Source: Felis catus
Taxonomy: Eukaryota
Assembly (NCBI RefSeq): GCF_018350175.1
Contig: NC_058369.1
Location: forward strand, 23,438,001 to 23,502,000
DNA length: 64,000 nt
Reading direction: 5' to 3'
In this document: positions 1 to 11,969 of the stretch, in pieces
Numbering within the stretch: position 1 is the first letter of the stretch
Layout: each line of letters begins with the position of its first letter
Made by a program: the position numbers and the translations under genes
Notes under the pieces: model-generated
Told to the model about the DNA's origin: nothing
Databases searched by the model: none
Seen by the model: only the letters and a program-made list of their open reading frames with translations

Positions 1-1446
1 CGGAAATGATATCAACAGGATTTCTCTGGTCCGTCTTCACATTCTGTCTTCTCTGCTGGTTTCATGTCCAGGCTCCCTGTTGATGGCATGAGGTCAGACA
101 GCAGCTCACCACCTGCATACTTCTGGGTTCCGTCTCATTGTATTTGGTCACTTGCCTGTCTATGAAGCAGTCACTTTGGAATGTGGTCAGGGTGATAGAA
201 TTTCCTGGCTGACCAGGACTGAATCATATGTCCTAACCCAGGAGCCATGCATACAGGCCAGTCCAAAACCCACAGCCCAAGTGTCAAGGAATAATGTTCC
301 CCCAAAGTTGACATGGGGCACTGTTCCTGAAAAGAGGGAAGCGATGCTGATCAGGCTAAAACAACACTCATTTCAACCAAGAACCTTAATATTTTATGAT
401 TCTGTAATTAGCCCTCAGAGGTTGATGGTATCATCCATCACCATATTACAGATGATAAAATGGAGGTTCAGAGAGGTTCAGTAACTTTCTTCGAGTTCTC
501 CCAGCTAGTAAAAGGCATGGTCACAACTCCTCCAAAGCCAAACCTCAGTGAAAGAATATTTCAGTCAAGGTTGCTTTCTACAACAGGGCTCTTGAGGATC
601 AAGCCTGGGCCGGCCAGCTGTTCTGTAGACTTCTGACTGGCCGACCGGGCCACACTGTGACCATCTTCACTTTGTCCCCCACTGACTTTATACTGAGAAC
701 AGACTGAATGAGCTGAACAGACTGTGCTGCTGTGGTTTGGTAGGGATTAATGACCCTGAGAAACTGACCTGACAGGTGTGAAAGGGAAGTTTCTGAATGT
801 AAACTGCCTTCTGCCACATGCAATCATTTGTGAGTCAAAAAAAAAAAAAAAAAGAGAGAGAGAAAGAGATGGCAAATTGGCCATTTTCTGCCCCCTGTGC
901 TCAAAGGTAATACATTTGGTGTATTTCTCAGCTGGTAGTACCTACTGAAAACAAGACAGAGCATTTAAAGGACTTGGGTAATGGTTGGTGGTCCAGTAGT
1001 GGTCCAAATCTCTTATCTTTCATAAAGATCCAATTCCAATCCACAAAGAAGCCTAACATGAAAATGCCTGCTCTGGGCTGCTGGGTTTTCTTGTTACCAA
1101 ATACCCCATGTTTGTGTTACCAAATAACCCATGAGGTCTGTCATGGCAGCAGGGTGTGCAGTAGCCAACAGCACTGATTTTATAATCAGACAGATTGCAG
1201 AACTATCACTTATGGGCTCTGTCACCTCCCTGGGCCTCAGTTTTGTCATCTGAAAAATGGGAATATGTGGTGGTAACTTTCTCCTGTGGTAGGCTATATA
1301 CTCATTTTTATTTTTCACTCCATTGATATTTACTTTGCACCTCACACACGTCATGCGCTGACTGAGAAGGCGGTACACAGTGGGCAAGCTACCTACTTAC
1401 ACCTTGTGGCTTATTAAAAATGCTATTAATTTAAAAAGTGGTGCCT

Positions 1447-1667
1447 GGGGCGCCTGGGTGGCTCAGTTGGTTAAGCATCCGACTTCAGCTCAGGTCATGA
1501 TCTCGTAGTCTGTGACTTTGAGCCCTGTGTTTGGCTCTGTGCTAACGGCTGGGAGCCTGGAGCCTGCTTCGGATTCTGTGGCTCCCTCTCTCTCTGCCCC
1601 TCCCCTGCTTGTGCTCTGTATCTCTTCATCTCTGAAAAATGAATAAAACTTAAAAAAAGTTTTTTTA
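1447..1667 (+). mobile_element. Can-SINE (SINEC_Fc-like)
   Basis: ggggcgcctgggtggctcagttggttaagc head, (CT)n body and A tail. TSD-like aaa(a/g)gtggtgc. Confidence 0.95.
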
Positions 1668-2029
1668 AAGGTGGTGCTAAAGGTGCCTCTGAACCAGTGA
1701 AACTCCCACATAAATCTAAAATTTCTAAGAGTGATAAGTGTTACAAAGGAGGGATACTTGTTAATATGAGAGTGGATGATAGGGAAATGTTACTCAGTAT
1801 TAAGACAAGTGGGAATTAAATATAAGATCAATTCCCAATTAGGAATCAATCCATCAAAATGTTGACAGATTACACCTTTGCTGATCTGATCCTTATCCTT
1901 TGTAATGTGGCTGCAGCCCCTCCCGTCAAGCAGTGGAGTCTATTTTTCCACATCATGAATCTGGGCTGGTCTTGTGACTTAGTCTGATTCTCCTTCCCAG
2001 GCAAGGAGACAGGACAATAGAATAAAAAA

Positions 2030-2770
2030 CCAAGAGAAATAACAGATAATAGAAGTAAATCCAGAGAGGCTTAGATAATGGGATTCTTAAGGATGAGATT
2101 CTGTTCAAAAAATAATTTCAATGAGGCAACAGGAAGTTAAGAAATAAAATCAATGGAAACTAAGATGAACCACAGATGAGCTGAAATGAATAGTTCATTT
2201 CAGCATGTTGGACACAACTGAAAAGCGAAGTGGAAGAAAAGCCAGATCCAATAACCAGAATGACACCCAGAGAGATGGAAAAATGGGATGTGAACTTGCA
2301 GAGAACAGACAGGGTGTGCTTCCTAACTCATTTTATGAGACCAGAATAACTTGATATCAAAACCTAACAAGAGCATTCTAGAAAGGAAGATTGCAGCCCA
2401 GTCTCTGCAAAAGGCATAGAAGGTATAGTGTCATCAATGACACAATGTTCAAAGCTTTTCTTATGTGATGGGGAAAGAGACAGCAATACAGATGAGTACC
2501 ACTCTGTTCTGTTTGTCCTATACACTGTGGTTGGTGCAAAGACACAAGATAAATAATTCAAATGTATAATGTGTGAAAGAAAGAAAATGCTAATAGAATT
2601 TCCAGATAACTAAATATACAGGTATAGAATGCAAAAGAATCCACAAACTTAGAATGAATTTCTCAAGATCGCTAGCTATTGGGGGAATGTTCAGGAAATG
2701 TTTTTCTATCTAATAATGGACATAATGAAAAAAATGTTTCAAAAGCATCATTACTAATGCCTTAAAATGG
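2030..2770 (+). mobile_element. Old L1 (L1M-type) fragments
   Basis: A-rich decayed sequence including cttcctaactcattttatgagaccagaataac…aaacctaacaaag, typical of L1 ORF2. Confidence 0.6.
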
Positions 2771-4579
2771 TCATTATTTTGATATGACCCATGCACTTTT
2801 CACCTGTAGAAACAATGGGAAAAGTGCAAATAGTGCACCAGGATGCGGATTACAAGTTCCACCCTGCCTCAGGCCCTTGACTTCAGTGGCCTCCTCTGGC
2901 CCTCCTCTAGCCAGCCTTGCCCTTTCTTTCATGGTGAAGAAGCCCAAACCAATGGGGTGGCTACCCTGCACCCCTCCCTCTAGACCACATGCCAGGTACC
3001 CAGATTCTAGGAAGGGTCCTGAGCTCCCAGGTCCATTGCCTGAGGGCAGTCTGGGCCAATGGTATGCCCACCCCTGAGCCTAGTGGTTGTCTCTTTGCAG
3101 GCAGTGTAGACATAGGACAGTGTAGACAGCAGGCAGTGACCACAGGAGTGTGAGAGTCCCCTTATTGTACAGGATGAGCTGGTGCTGGAAGTGGGGTACC
3201 AGGACCAAGGCCAGCTCACTCTGCATCGCCGTGTTCTAACATAGAACTCAAGGAACTGAGGAATCTAAACTGGGACATGGTGCTCTGGGTTCTCCTAGAG
3301 TCATGCTCACTAAGATCAGAGGACAAAAGAGTTCTCATTTAACAACTTTAAAATATTTAGACGCATGCTGTGTCAGCCTGCTATTGCTCTCTTGGATGAA
3401 CCAGGCTACAGATCCACACATGTTAAGGGAAAGCTTGCTCATCCCAATTTCATTTTAACAGAAATCAGGAGCAAGTCATAACAGTTGAAATGGAAAGATG
3501 CTTTAAGCTCTACTAAGAGGAAAAGGGTCTAAAACATTTGATCCCATTGGTATGTGAAGAGGATTGTGGGAGTATATGTATCCCCTCCCTGCCCCCACCC
3601 ACTTAAAAGCAAGAAGACGTGACAGGCAGTCAACAAAATGCTGAGAGAAGTTATCTAGGTGGAATGGGGAGGAGGGCAAGACATCAGGTAGTATCCATGT
3701 ACTTAATTTTTGCTCATTTGAGTTTTCTAATACTTCAACAATGAATATGTATTATTTGTGAAATAAAGTCAATATTAAATAAAAAATAAACAAGCCTCTT
3801 GTAGTAGGGCTCAGACAGTTGTTTTAAGGGAGCTTCGGGATATCTGAGATTCTTACACAAGGGAGGATTATTTTGTCTTCCTACTCAGTAACGTCCTCAA
3901 CTTTCAAAAGACATCATCAGGAAGGCTGTCTCTCTCTTCCAACACACATCCCCACAGCCACCCACTGGAAGTGCCCATGAGCCATAGGCTTCCAAACTTG
4001 CCCTTCACTTCTCATGCTCTTCTTTTCCTCACGCTGGGGCTTCAGTTCCTGCCCCAAGGACAAGAGAGGCACAGGGTGCACCTCAGGATCCCCAGGGGTG
4101 AAAGACATGCCTGGGCCAAGGTCCCCCATTCTGACCTGGAGCTGCTGGCTTACCATTTAATTTATGCCTGCTCATGCCTTGACCCATCATTGGGGCAGAA
4201 CTTCTTTCAACAGAGTCAGGATGGAGGCGGCAAGTGTGAGAGTAACACGAGAGACTTTAATTAAGTTCCCCTGGAATGCAGGGTGGCTGGGGGCTGGGGA
4301 CGGGGAATGGACCTTGCCAGGCTGTTTTCTTTCCTGGGTGCCTACAGCCTTCATAATATCCTTTAAAGTTAAAACAAAATACAGAAGCTTAGTTAATTTA
4401 TGTATGTCCACTTCCTACACTCTGTTTAATACATTAACTGTTTCCTTAACTTACTGGGTGATTTTGAAGACTAGGCAGAGTTTATTGTCCGGATGACATT
4501 TCTGCTTTTTATTACCAGTTTTACTTTGAAAAAAGGAAGGAAAAAAATTATAATACAAAACTGATCACAGATGAAAATT

Positions 4580-4878
4580 TTTATTACTGGAAAAGGGTTA
4601 AAGGAACCCACACAAGCATCTTCTTGACTTTTTGGCACTCGTGGGCTGGTGCCCATTTCAAACGTTGATTGTATATGAATGACTGGATCTGAATGGGCCT
4701 TGAAGCTCATTACATTTTACGAAACCTGGAGTCCTGAGAAACAATTGTGCGTAAGTTCTCTGGCCAACGCAATGGGCAAAATTTCATGAGCAGATGGCTC
4801 AGAGTCAGTTGGCTTAGTATCTTTAGCTGAGAAGGGAGATAGCCATCAAGACTAAGGGAAGAATAAAGACCCATTTCT
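4580..4878 (-). pseudogene. Possible terminal exon with poly(A) signal
   Basis: Long polypyrimidine tract and AG at 4879-4880, open frame to 4710, and AATAAA on the minus strand at 4580-4585. Confidence 0.35.
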
Positions 4879-5599
4879 CTGAGTTTCAGAAAGAGAGAAA
4901 GACAGAAGGTCAGGAATGAGAACAATATGGCTGCCTTAATCACATCAGTTAATCTACAGAAGGTCCAGGGTCAGTTGCGAATGCCTTGTGAAATGCTGTT
5001 GTGTCAACAACAGCCAAACATAGCACTGCTAATTCTGTGATCCTGAGCAAATCACTCTACCTCTTCATTACTTTCACTTCCTCATCTGCAAAATGGTACA
5101 GTAGTAATATACACACCTCACAGTGTTGTGAAGCGTGAACAAAGAGGTGAATGTAACACGTATACATATAAAAGGGCAAGTCATAAGCCCTCCTTCAGTA
5201 GAAGCCCGTTTTATTCTTGTGACTGGAAATAATAGAATTGGTCTGAAAATTAAGAAGACCTAAGGCCAAAGCATAGATGACACACACCCAGATTCAAATC
5301 CAGATTAGATCAGCATGTGCCAGACACTACGGAGGGTGTCTCATCGATTCATTCCTAGAGCACGCTCTGTCTATATCAGGTAGCAAGGAAAAGTTCATAT
5401 GAAATAAATCGTTGAGATTAGAGTCAGGCCCAGAGCAGATGGCGCCATGTGAGTCACGTCATTGGGGAAGAGTGAGTGTACTCACTAAGCAGTAATGATT
5501 GATCTGTCCCATGGAAATAGGTAGGTCGGGTCCAAGGATGCTACACAATGCAGAAACTCAGTTGATTAATGATCTACCAAAGAGCATGAAGGGACCAAC

Positions 5600-6128
5600 G
5601 ATTAATCTTTATTGTTTTCATTGACGATAAGAACACTGCCAATTCAGTTGGAAAAGATTACTGCAAAGGGGTGTGAGACCTTGAAACAGAGACAAATGGC
5701 ACATGCCCAGAAGCCAGCTTCCTTCAGCAAAAGGAAGATATTCATCATAGGATTACCGTCACCCAAAGAGAAAGCCTCCAAAATAAAGGTTAAGAGAAAA
5801 GTAGCTTTCTCACAAGTTTATAAAGCCATGCCCAAAAAGACAATGGAGGCAACACTGTTCTCTGAAAAGAGAGGGTCCAGAATTAATGAGAGACTCAGCC
5901 AGGGCCAATGGGTCAAAAATGACAGAGGGGACCATGGCAGTTAATCGCCATTAACAATGCCTGAAGAAGCAGCCCTGGAATTATCAGGAAACAAGCCAAA
6001 AGGGAACCTGAAGTAGAAGTTATTACTCAGGTCCAGGTCTGGGGACATCAGAAAAAACTTGGGGAATGTGAGAAAACGATCCTCTTTACTGTGCAAAGGA
6101 TGAGAGTCGGGTAATCTAGATTTCAAAT
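5600..6128 (-). pseudogene. Relic exon (GREB1 C-terminal domain counterpart)
   Basis: Acceptor tgtttattttccAG and about 165 codons with 2-3 stops. SIVFLGMAL*TCE...FLLLKEAGFWACAIC versus GREB1 DLLFSGLLLYLCD...FHFLKGATLCVIC. 3' end uncertain. Confidence 0.65.
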
Positions 6129-6242
6129 CTGGAAAATAAACATTACATGAGAAGCAAGGGTTGAGACAGCTACCTAGGAGAAAAAACACAGATTTAGGGA
6201 TGCTCATTCCTCCCCAGCTGGGGAAGACCAAGGCCTACTCAC

Positions 6243-6718
6243 CACTTGTTCAAGATGTGACTAGAAAACAGTGCACATCTAGTGTTAGATCAGTTTTGTA
6301 CTAGGACAGGATACCAGCTCTGAGGACGCTCAATCCATTGTTTATATTTATCCATGGAATAAATATTTATGAAGCTGTATCTTGCATTTATATAAAGAGC
6401 AAGGCAAGTGTAGAAATGAAGGACTAAAAATCAGAAGTCAGTTTTATTTGAGCTTTATATCACCCCAAACATTCATTCCAGTTGTATTTGTCTATAGCAC
6501 ATTGTCAACATCCCACTTGGTAAGCAACAGTGTTTGGGTTATAAAATATTTATTCACCATCTCTTTACCACCAAGACTTGGAGAACCCCCAAGTCCAATC
6601 CAACACCTGCTCATCTGATTTGAAATGTATTCTTTGAGTTATATCAATTATGTTAGGATCATTTTGGTTGTCTTAAAGACCTTTGCTGAAGATAAGGGTC
6701 GACACAAAATCTTAAACC
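6243..6718 (-). pseudogene. Relic exon
   Basis: Phase-1 acceptor ctctttcaAG and donor GTgagt. PSFLHLPCSLYKCKIQLHKYLF...SWYPVL versus GREB1 HTFLAAPAQLLLEKFLQHHSHLFF...HDHPVL. Confidence 0.6.
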
Positions 6719-6965
6719 CTTGAAAGAGTTATAGTCAAATGTTCTAGTTGCCCCAGATGAATGCTGGGGTACTTGAACACAATATCAATGTTACTCCAAC
6801 ATCACCAGTTGACAAAGATAACTTTGAAAATTACTCAAGGACTTTAGGTGAAATTCCAGCAGCAAATAAATCAACCAACACATCTGAAATCCAGGAAGGG
6901 CAAATGTCTGGATTGCATTTCTAAGCAAGCCATAGATTCTTAGGAAAAATAATTCCTACTCTTAC

Positions 6966-7108
6966 CAGAGTATTCAGGTCAGCCTAGAGGCTATACAGGT
7001 ACCTGTGGGTGAGGGACAAATACTTCTTCAAAATTAAGCATTTTCTTTCATGGAAGACCGAGGCATTAGATTTTCATTAACAAACAGCAATTTAAGCCAA
7101 AACAATAT
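6966..7108 (-). pseudogene. Relic exon
   Basis: AG and GTaaga bounded, phase 2 to phase 1, compatible with both neighbours. YCFGLNCCLLMKI*CLG versus GREB1 LLCRFNRFSVMKKQIVVG. 4 stops. Confidence 0.65.
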
Positions 7109-7334
7109 CTGCATGATGGGAAGAATTTATATATATTTATCCCCTCTCCCTGATTTTTTTTATTTGGCTTTGGGACTAGAAAAATTGCCACACATGTTTG
7201 AGATCTTGGAAACGGGATCTATTGCCAAATTTAACATGTGTACGTAGGCAAAGCATACCAGTCTTTACGTTTGCAATTTTATTTGAAAAATCTGGGTGCT
7301 TAAAATTATGCCCAATATTTCCTCACAAACTTAC

Positions 7335-7634
7335 ATTGTCGGTGTGTCTAAAATGAGTCGTAAAGAACAAACATCAAGGCAATAAACAGTCTTATTTGTT
7401 ACACTTTGCTGGATTACATTTAAAATATATATAATGGACTGAAGGTAGAGAACCGAAAAGTCAAATCTCTGAAGTGGCTTCCCTGGCAGGTTGTTCAGTT
7501 GGGTGAAGAGTCTGGAAAGAATGATTTTTCCAGTTTCATCTATATCATCACTAGCTAACTTTTCCCAGCCAGTGTCCATCAGAGTTGTCTGGGAGTACTC
7601 TTGACACTTTCTTTATTAACTTCAAAGACATTTT
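7335..7634 (-). pseudogene. Relic exon (TAGT core)
   Basis: Acceptor ttcttttcctgtttccaAG and donor GTaagt. DFSVLYLQSIIYILNVIQQSVTNKTVYCLDVCSLRLI versus GREB1 PFSRCHVHNFIILNVDLTQNVQYNQNRFLCDDVDFNLRV. Confidence 0.75.
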
Positions 7635-7691
7635 CTTGGAAACAGGAAAAGAAATTGCAGTGAGTGTGATTCCCCTAAAGAAAAAACTTCT

Positions 7692-7866
7692 GGGGCGCCA
7701 GGGTGGTTCAGTCGGTTGAGTGTCTGATTCTCGATTTGGGCTGAGGTCACGATCCCAAAGTCATGGCATCCAGCCCTGCTTCAGGCTTGGTGCTGAGTGT
7801 GGAGCCTGCTTAAGATTCTCTTTGCCTCTCTCTCTCTGTCTCAAATTAAATTAAATTAAATTTTTA
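7692..7866 (+). mobile_element. Can-SINE
   Basis: tRNA-derived head and AT-rich tail. Confidence 0.9.
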
Positions 7867-7972
7867 GAAAAGAAATAACTTTTGTTTTCATCCCTGAGAA
7901 AAAGTTTCTGAATATCCTCTGTGAATGCAAAAAGGTTTCGAGTTACTATTGACAAAATGTGGCACTTTTTCA

Positions 7973-8199
7973 AAAAAATTTTTTTACCGTCTGTTTATTT
8001 TTGAGAGAGAGACAGAGACAGAGACAGAGGTGAGCAGGGGAGGGGCAGAGAGAGAAGGAGACACAGAATCCAAAGCAGGCTCCAGGACCCTTGCTGTCAT
8101 GTCAGCACAGAGCCCGATGCAGGGCTTGAACCCAAGAACTGTAAGATCATGACCTGAGCCGAAGTTGGACGCTCAACCAACTGAGCCACCCAGGTGCCT
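7973..8199 (-). mobile_element. Can-SINE (SINEC_Fc-like)
   Basis: Reverse-complement head …ctgagccacccaggtgcc. Confidence 0.95.
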
Positions 8200-8576
8200 C
8201 AAAATGAGGCACTTTTATTTTCTTTACTTTGTCATTGCTGTATTACAAATGCTGCTTGTTTCCAAACAGCCTTATATTGGTTATCACTTCACCAGGGAGC
8301 TTTACAACAATCCCCTAAAGGACTCAGTTCAAATATTGTTATGTGTCCTTCATTGAGGAAGAAACCAGGAACACCAAGAATCAGTGGCTGGCCAAAGTCT
8401 CAAGCCAGAGGGATAAACAATTAGTAAAAGAGATCTCCTGGCTAGCAGTTTATGATACTGACCCAGTAATAACCTCTCAAGATTCCAAAACCATAGTCAG
8501 TCTACAGCAAAAGCCTTAACTTCCTCAGTCTCCTCTGGCTAGTCTCAGAAACATGCAGAAAACTACACAGAGTACC

Positions 8577-8890
8577 TGGAAGTCATTTGTTTTCTGGCCA
8601 TGGTTTTGAGTCTCACCATGGATGCTCTGAGATGCCATGGAAGGGGTCTCAGACAAATGGTGATCTGATAGATGCAGTCCCAAGCAAACTCTAAAATAAA
8701 CTTTTTAAAGCTTTTTAATGAACTGTTTTTAGTTAACAGCTTACATCCATTTGGATCCATATGGAAATTTCTACAAAGCTTTTTTGACATGGTTGTTGCT
8801 TCGTTCATTTCATCAGTTAGTGTTTTTGTTTTGGGCGTGGAGGGGCATTGAATGTGTATCAGATCCTAAGCTTCGAACTGGGGTATGGTG
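8577..8890 (-). pseudogene. Relic exon (TAGT core)
   Basis: DLIHIQCPS...MSKKLCRNFHMDPN...EFAWDCI...PWH versus GREB1 NHIMLVLPS...LIKELSYHNLELERN...DIWPFIV...MWN. Confidence 0.6.
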
Positions 8891-9952
8891 TGTGAGAACT
8901 GATGGCTAAGGGCTGGCGTGCATAAGACCTGGGCCTGGAACCCAAAGAACATGCTTTCTAACCCAGCAGGCCACAGATGCTAACCACATCTGCCGTTTAA
9001 AATTTTCCAATAGTAACATTAAGAAAGTAAAAAGAACTAGATGAAATTAATTTTAATAGTAACTTTAAAAGGTACTCCTAGAAAGGAGACTCATTGGTGA
9101 GGATGGAGAGCAGAACTTTGGAGAAGGTGGCCTTCCTGCAGATGTGACTATTAAGTTGAGATCTCGGTTTCCCCAAATATAAATGAGAAGAGTAATTACA
9201 TCTCTGGCTTTTCACACTTCTTTGTGAAGATCAAGGCAGTTATCTAAATAGCTGTAATAATAAGGGATCAAATTTGAAATCACTTGGAGTCAATCATTTT
9301 ATTTTTCCAACATTTTTGAAGGTGCATCATGTTCAGTCCAGCCAAAGCATGTTGGTAAAGAGAAGCACTCAAATGGACTACGTGCAAATGTGGGAAATGT
9401 TAAGTTTGAACTTTGACAAAATAACTCCAGAGCTTCCTTTGGAGTCACTGGGGACAGAAAAGAAACATGGGCCTCACTCTTGAAAGCATTTTGCCACCAA
9501 GTAACATTGGAGGGCTTTTCTCTGAAGGGTTATTCCCAGATGGTCTCAGCAGACAAAAAACTCAAGTTCATCCCACCCAAGGGCTAAACCTAACACTTTG
9601 AGTTCAAGTTCAGGGTTCTAGGGCAACTGCCACCCTCTCCTCACCCTATTCCTGCTCCATTCTTGATGGTTACTAGGAAGAGAGGAGCTAAGTTTTCATA
9701 TTTTCTCATGAGAGACCACTTATCTCAAGCAATAAAACCAAACATGTTGCAGGTGTGGATTTGACAGCCTCTCTGTCCAACCCTCTTCTCTCTGCTTTGG
9801 GACTAACAGCACTGGTCCAGGGTCACACAGCTGTTCACTGGCAGATCCAAGGCCAGGACGTAGGTTTCTTCTCTCCTCCTCTGTACCTCTTCCTGAAAAA
9901 TCAGGCAGCTTTCTCCAGAATTCAGATGAAAGGTACAGCTGTCATATCATAC

Positions 9953-10188
9953 CGTAATAAGTGCAAGCATTCCTTCTTAAAAACAAACAAACAAACAAAC
10001 AAACACCTATTCCCAGGGAAGTAGCAAAGCCTTGGAGTTAGATTTTATTTTTGTATTGAATTAATCCTTTGTTCCTCTTACATTCCCTTTGGAGGGTGGA
10101 GGACCAGTAAGGATGAAATTCAAATGCTTATAAATATCACTGAGAGGTACACCTAGCCACTCAAGTAGATGCTCTGAATTAATTTTAC
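9953..10188 (-). pseudogene. Relic exon (start of TAGT glycosyltransferase-like domain)
   Basis: HLLEWLGVPL...PPPSKG...VCLFVFKKE versus GREB1 QLESMRLPL...TPTTGR...LHVLVVKEY. Alternative donor at 10081. Confidence 0.55.
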
Positions 10189-10559
10189 CTGTTTTATGAC
10201 TTGGGAGGGGGAATTCCGACAGAGGAATACAGCAAAAACACATTCTCCCAAACCTTCACTTTTCTGTTTCTCATAGTTGAAATGCTGACATTCTAACAAC
10301 TATGTTAAAATGTCTTAAAACTCAAAGAGGTTAAAGTTGGATTGATTTTCTAAACTGTTAGAACTTGCACTCAGCTTTCTGAAAGTCTTATTGGAGAAAG
10401 GCAGGATGTTTATAAATGAGTCACCACTTAAGCCATGTCCTCACTATTCATGCTAAGTCGGTATGTATGTTCAATTTCTCTGGCTCTACATCATTGAATG
10501 ATGTTGCATTGCCCTTGCTGTGGGCATCCATGCATTCCGTCGGTGCCTCAGAGCTTGTT

Positions 10560-11040
10560 GTCTCCTCTTTGTCACATGAAGCACTGATCGGTGAGCATGC
10601 AACAGGGAGCCACCCAGGCTGGGTCCCTGGCCCTGCAGAGACTACATTCTGGGAGGAGAGATGATGTTACACAAAGTGTCACAAACAGATCCTGAGTACA
10701 AGCGGTGCCAAATGCCGAGGAGGAGAGTCACAGGCTGCAAAGAGAATCATAGGGACGTACTTTACCGAGATGCAAGGTTGTCCTTGCCAGGTGATATTTA
10801 GGCTGGGACCCAAACAGCGAACAGATCTGGCAAAGGGAGGATAGAAGGCACAGGAAACAGAGGGACCAGCGTGAGTGGAGGCCTGAGGCAGACTAGAATT
10901 CTGTGATTGAAGTAGCAACACACAAAGAACAGCCAGGGTAGTGGGATGGGGCAAGGTCAGGGGCTGGGCCATTTAGGGTCTCAAGGGTACAAGAGGCTTG
11001 CATGCCATGTGAATATAGTGGGAAGCTATGAAGGCTTAAC
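10560..11040 (-). mobile_element. L2 fragment
   Basis: Purine-rich L2-like core (…gcacaggaaacagagggaccagcgtgagtggaggcctgaggca…). Confidence 0.55.
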
Positions 11041-11071
11041 CCACCTAATGTTTTAAAAAGATGGCTTCAGT

Positions 11072-11295
11072 GGGGGCCCTGGGTGGCTCAGTCGGTTAAG
11101 CATCTGACTCCTGATTTTGGCTCAGGTCATGATCTCACGGTCTGGAGTTTGAGCCCTGCGTCAGGCTCTGTGCTGACAGTGTGGAGCCTGCTTGGGATTC
11201 TGTGTGTCTCTCTCTTTTCTGCCCTCTCCTGCCTGCTCTCTCTCTTTCTGTCTCTCAAAATAAATAAATATTTAAAAAGTAAAAAAAAAAAAATT
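11072..11295 (+). mobile_element. Can-SINE
   Basis: Head, CT body and poly(A). TSD AAAAGATGGCTTCAG on both sides. Confidence 0.95.
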
Positions 11296-11756
11296 AAAAG
11301 ATGGCTTCAGGGTCAAGATACATCAGACACTCTTAACACAGGGAGAGATTTAAAAAATACTGACACCTGGGCCCTACTCTAGACCAATTAAATTAAGCTC
11401 TCTGTGATAGGGTGTTTTTGGAGCGCCCTGCTGTGAAACCAGAGCTGGGATCCACTGAACAAAGTGGACGTCTCACAGCAAGGGGCAGGGCTAGGCTTTT
11501 TCCCTGCTGTCTGGGCTGCATTTAATACAAAGGAAAAAGACTAAAACCGCTCACACCGATGCAGGTGTTCAGTTTACCCACAGTAACTGAAGCACAAAAA
11601 CATTCTAATCAATAGCCTAAAATGCCATCATCCTGAGTCTGAAAAAAGTCAAAAGGGGAAAAAAGGCTAGTAGAAGCAGCTTGTGATATTAATTACGTAT
11701 CAGCCAAAAATTGATAATAATTACGTATCAGCCAAAAATAACACCGTTCAGCATAC

Positions 11757-11969
11757 CATATCTTCACTGTGTGCTCTTGGTTGGAAATATGTCATTTGCT
11801 ATGTACACATCAAAATATTCCCGCTAGGGCCTTATTAAGGAAATATTTGCGGCCATGTGGAATCAGTTAAATCCCACGATGCTGTGAACTACTGTGTTAC
11901 CGAGATGCATGAGCTGTTCTCCAACTAATGAACCATATCATTAATTACAGACACCTCAAATAAAAACGC
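11757..11969 (-). pseudogene. Relic exon
   Basis: Acceptor cttcctcttAG, phase 0 matching the previous exon. AFLFEVSVINDMVH versus GREB1 AFAFSYSMLGEEIQ. Donor GTatgc. Confidence 0.65.

Noticed and set aside
1447..1530. tRNA-like A/B-box sequences
   Set aside because: These are heads of tRNA-derived Can-SINEs, not tRNA genes.
5612..5944. 110-aa Lys-rich plus-strand ORF
   Set aside because: It is the antisense shadow of the minus-strand relic exon.
6243..7108. Mab-21/cGAS-like nucleotidyltransferase interpretation
   Set aside because: The resemblance is superficial, and the colinear GREB1 match explains the blocks better.
9300..9620. Additional relic exon (…ECFSLPTCF…)
   Set aside because: Acceptor-like sequence is present, but the corresponding GREB1 segment fits 8577-8890 better. 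Unresolved.
11691..11738. Direct repeat AATTACGTATCAGCCAAAAA x2 (similar short duplications at 39104-39128 and 42866-42915)
   Set aside because: These are simple local duplications with two copies only, not a CRISPR-like or functional array.
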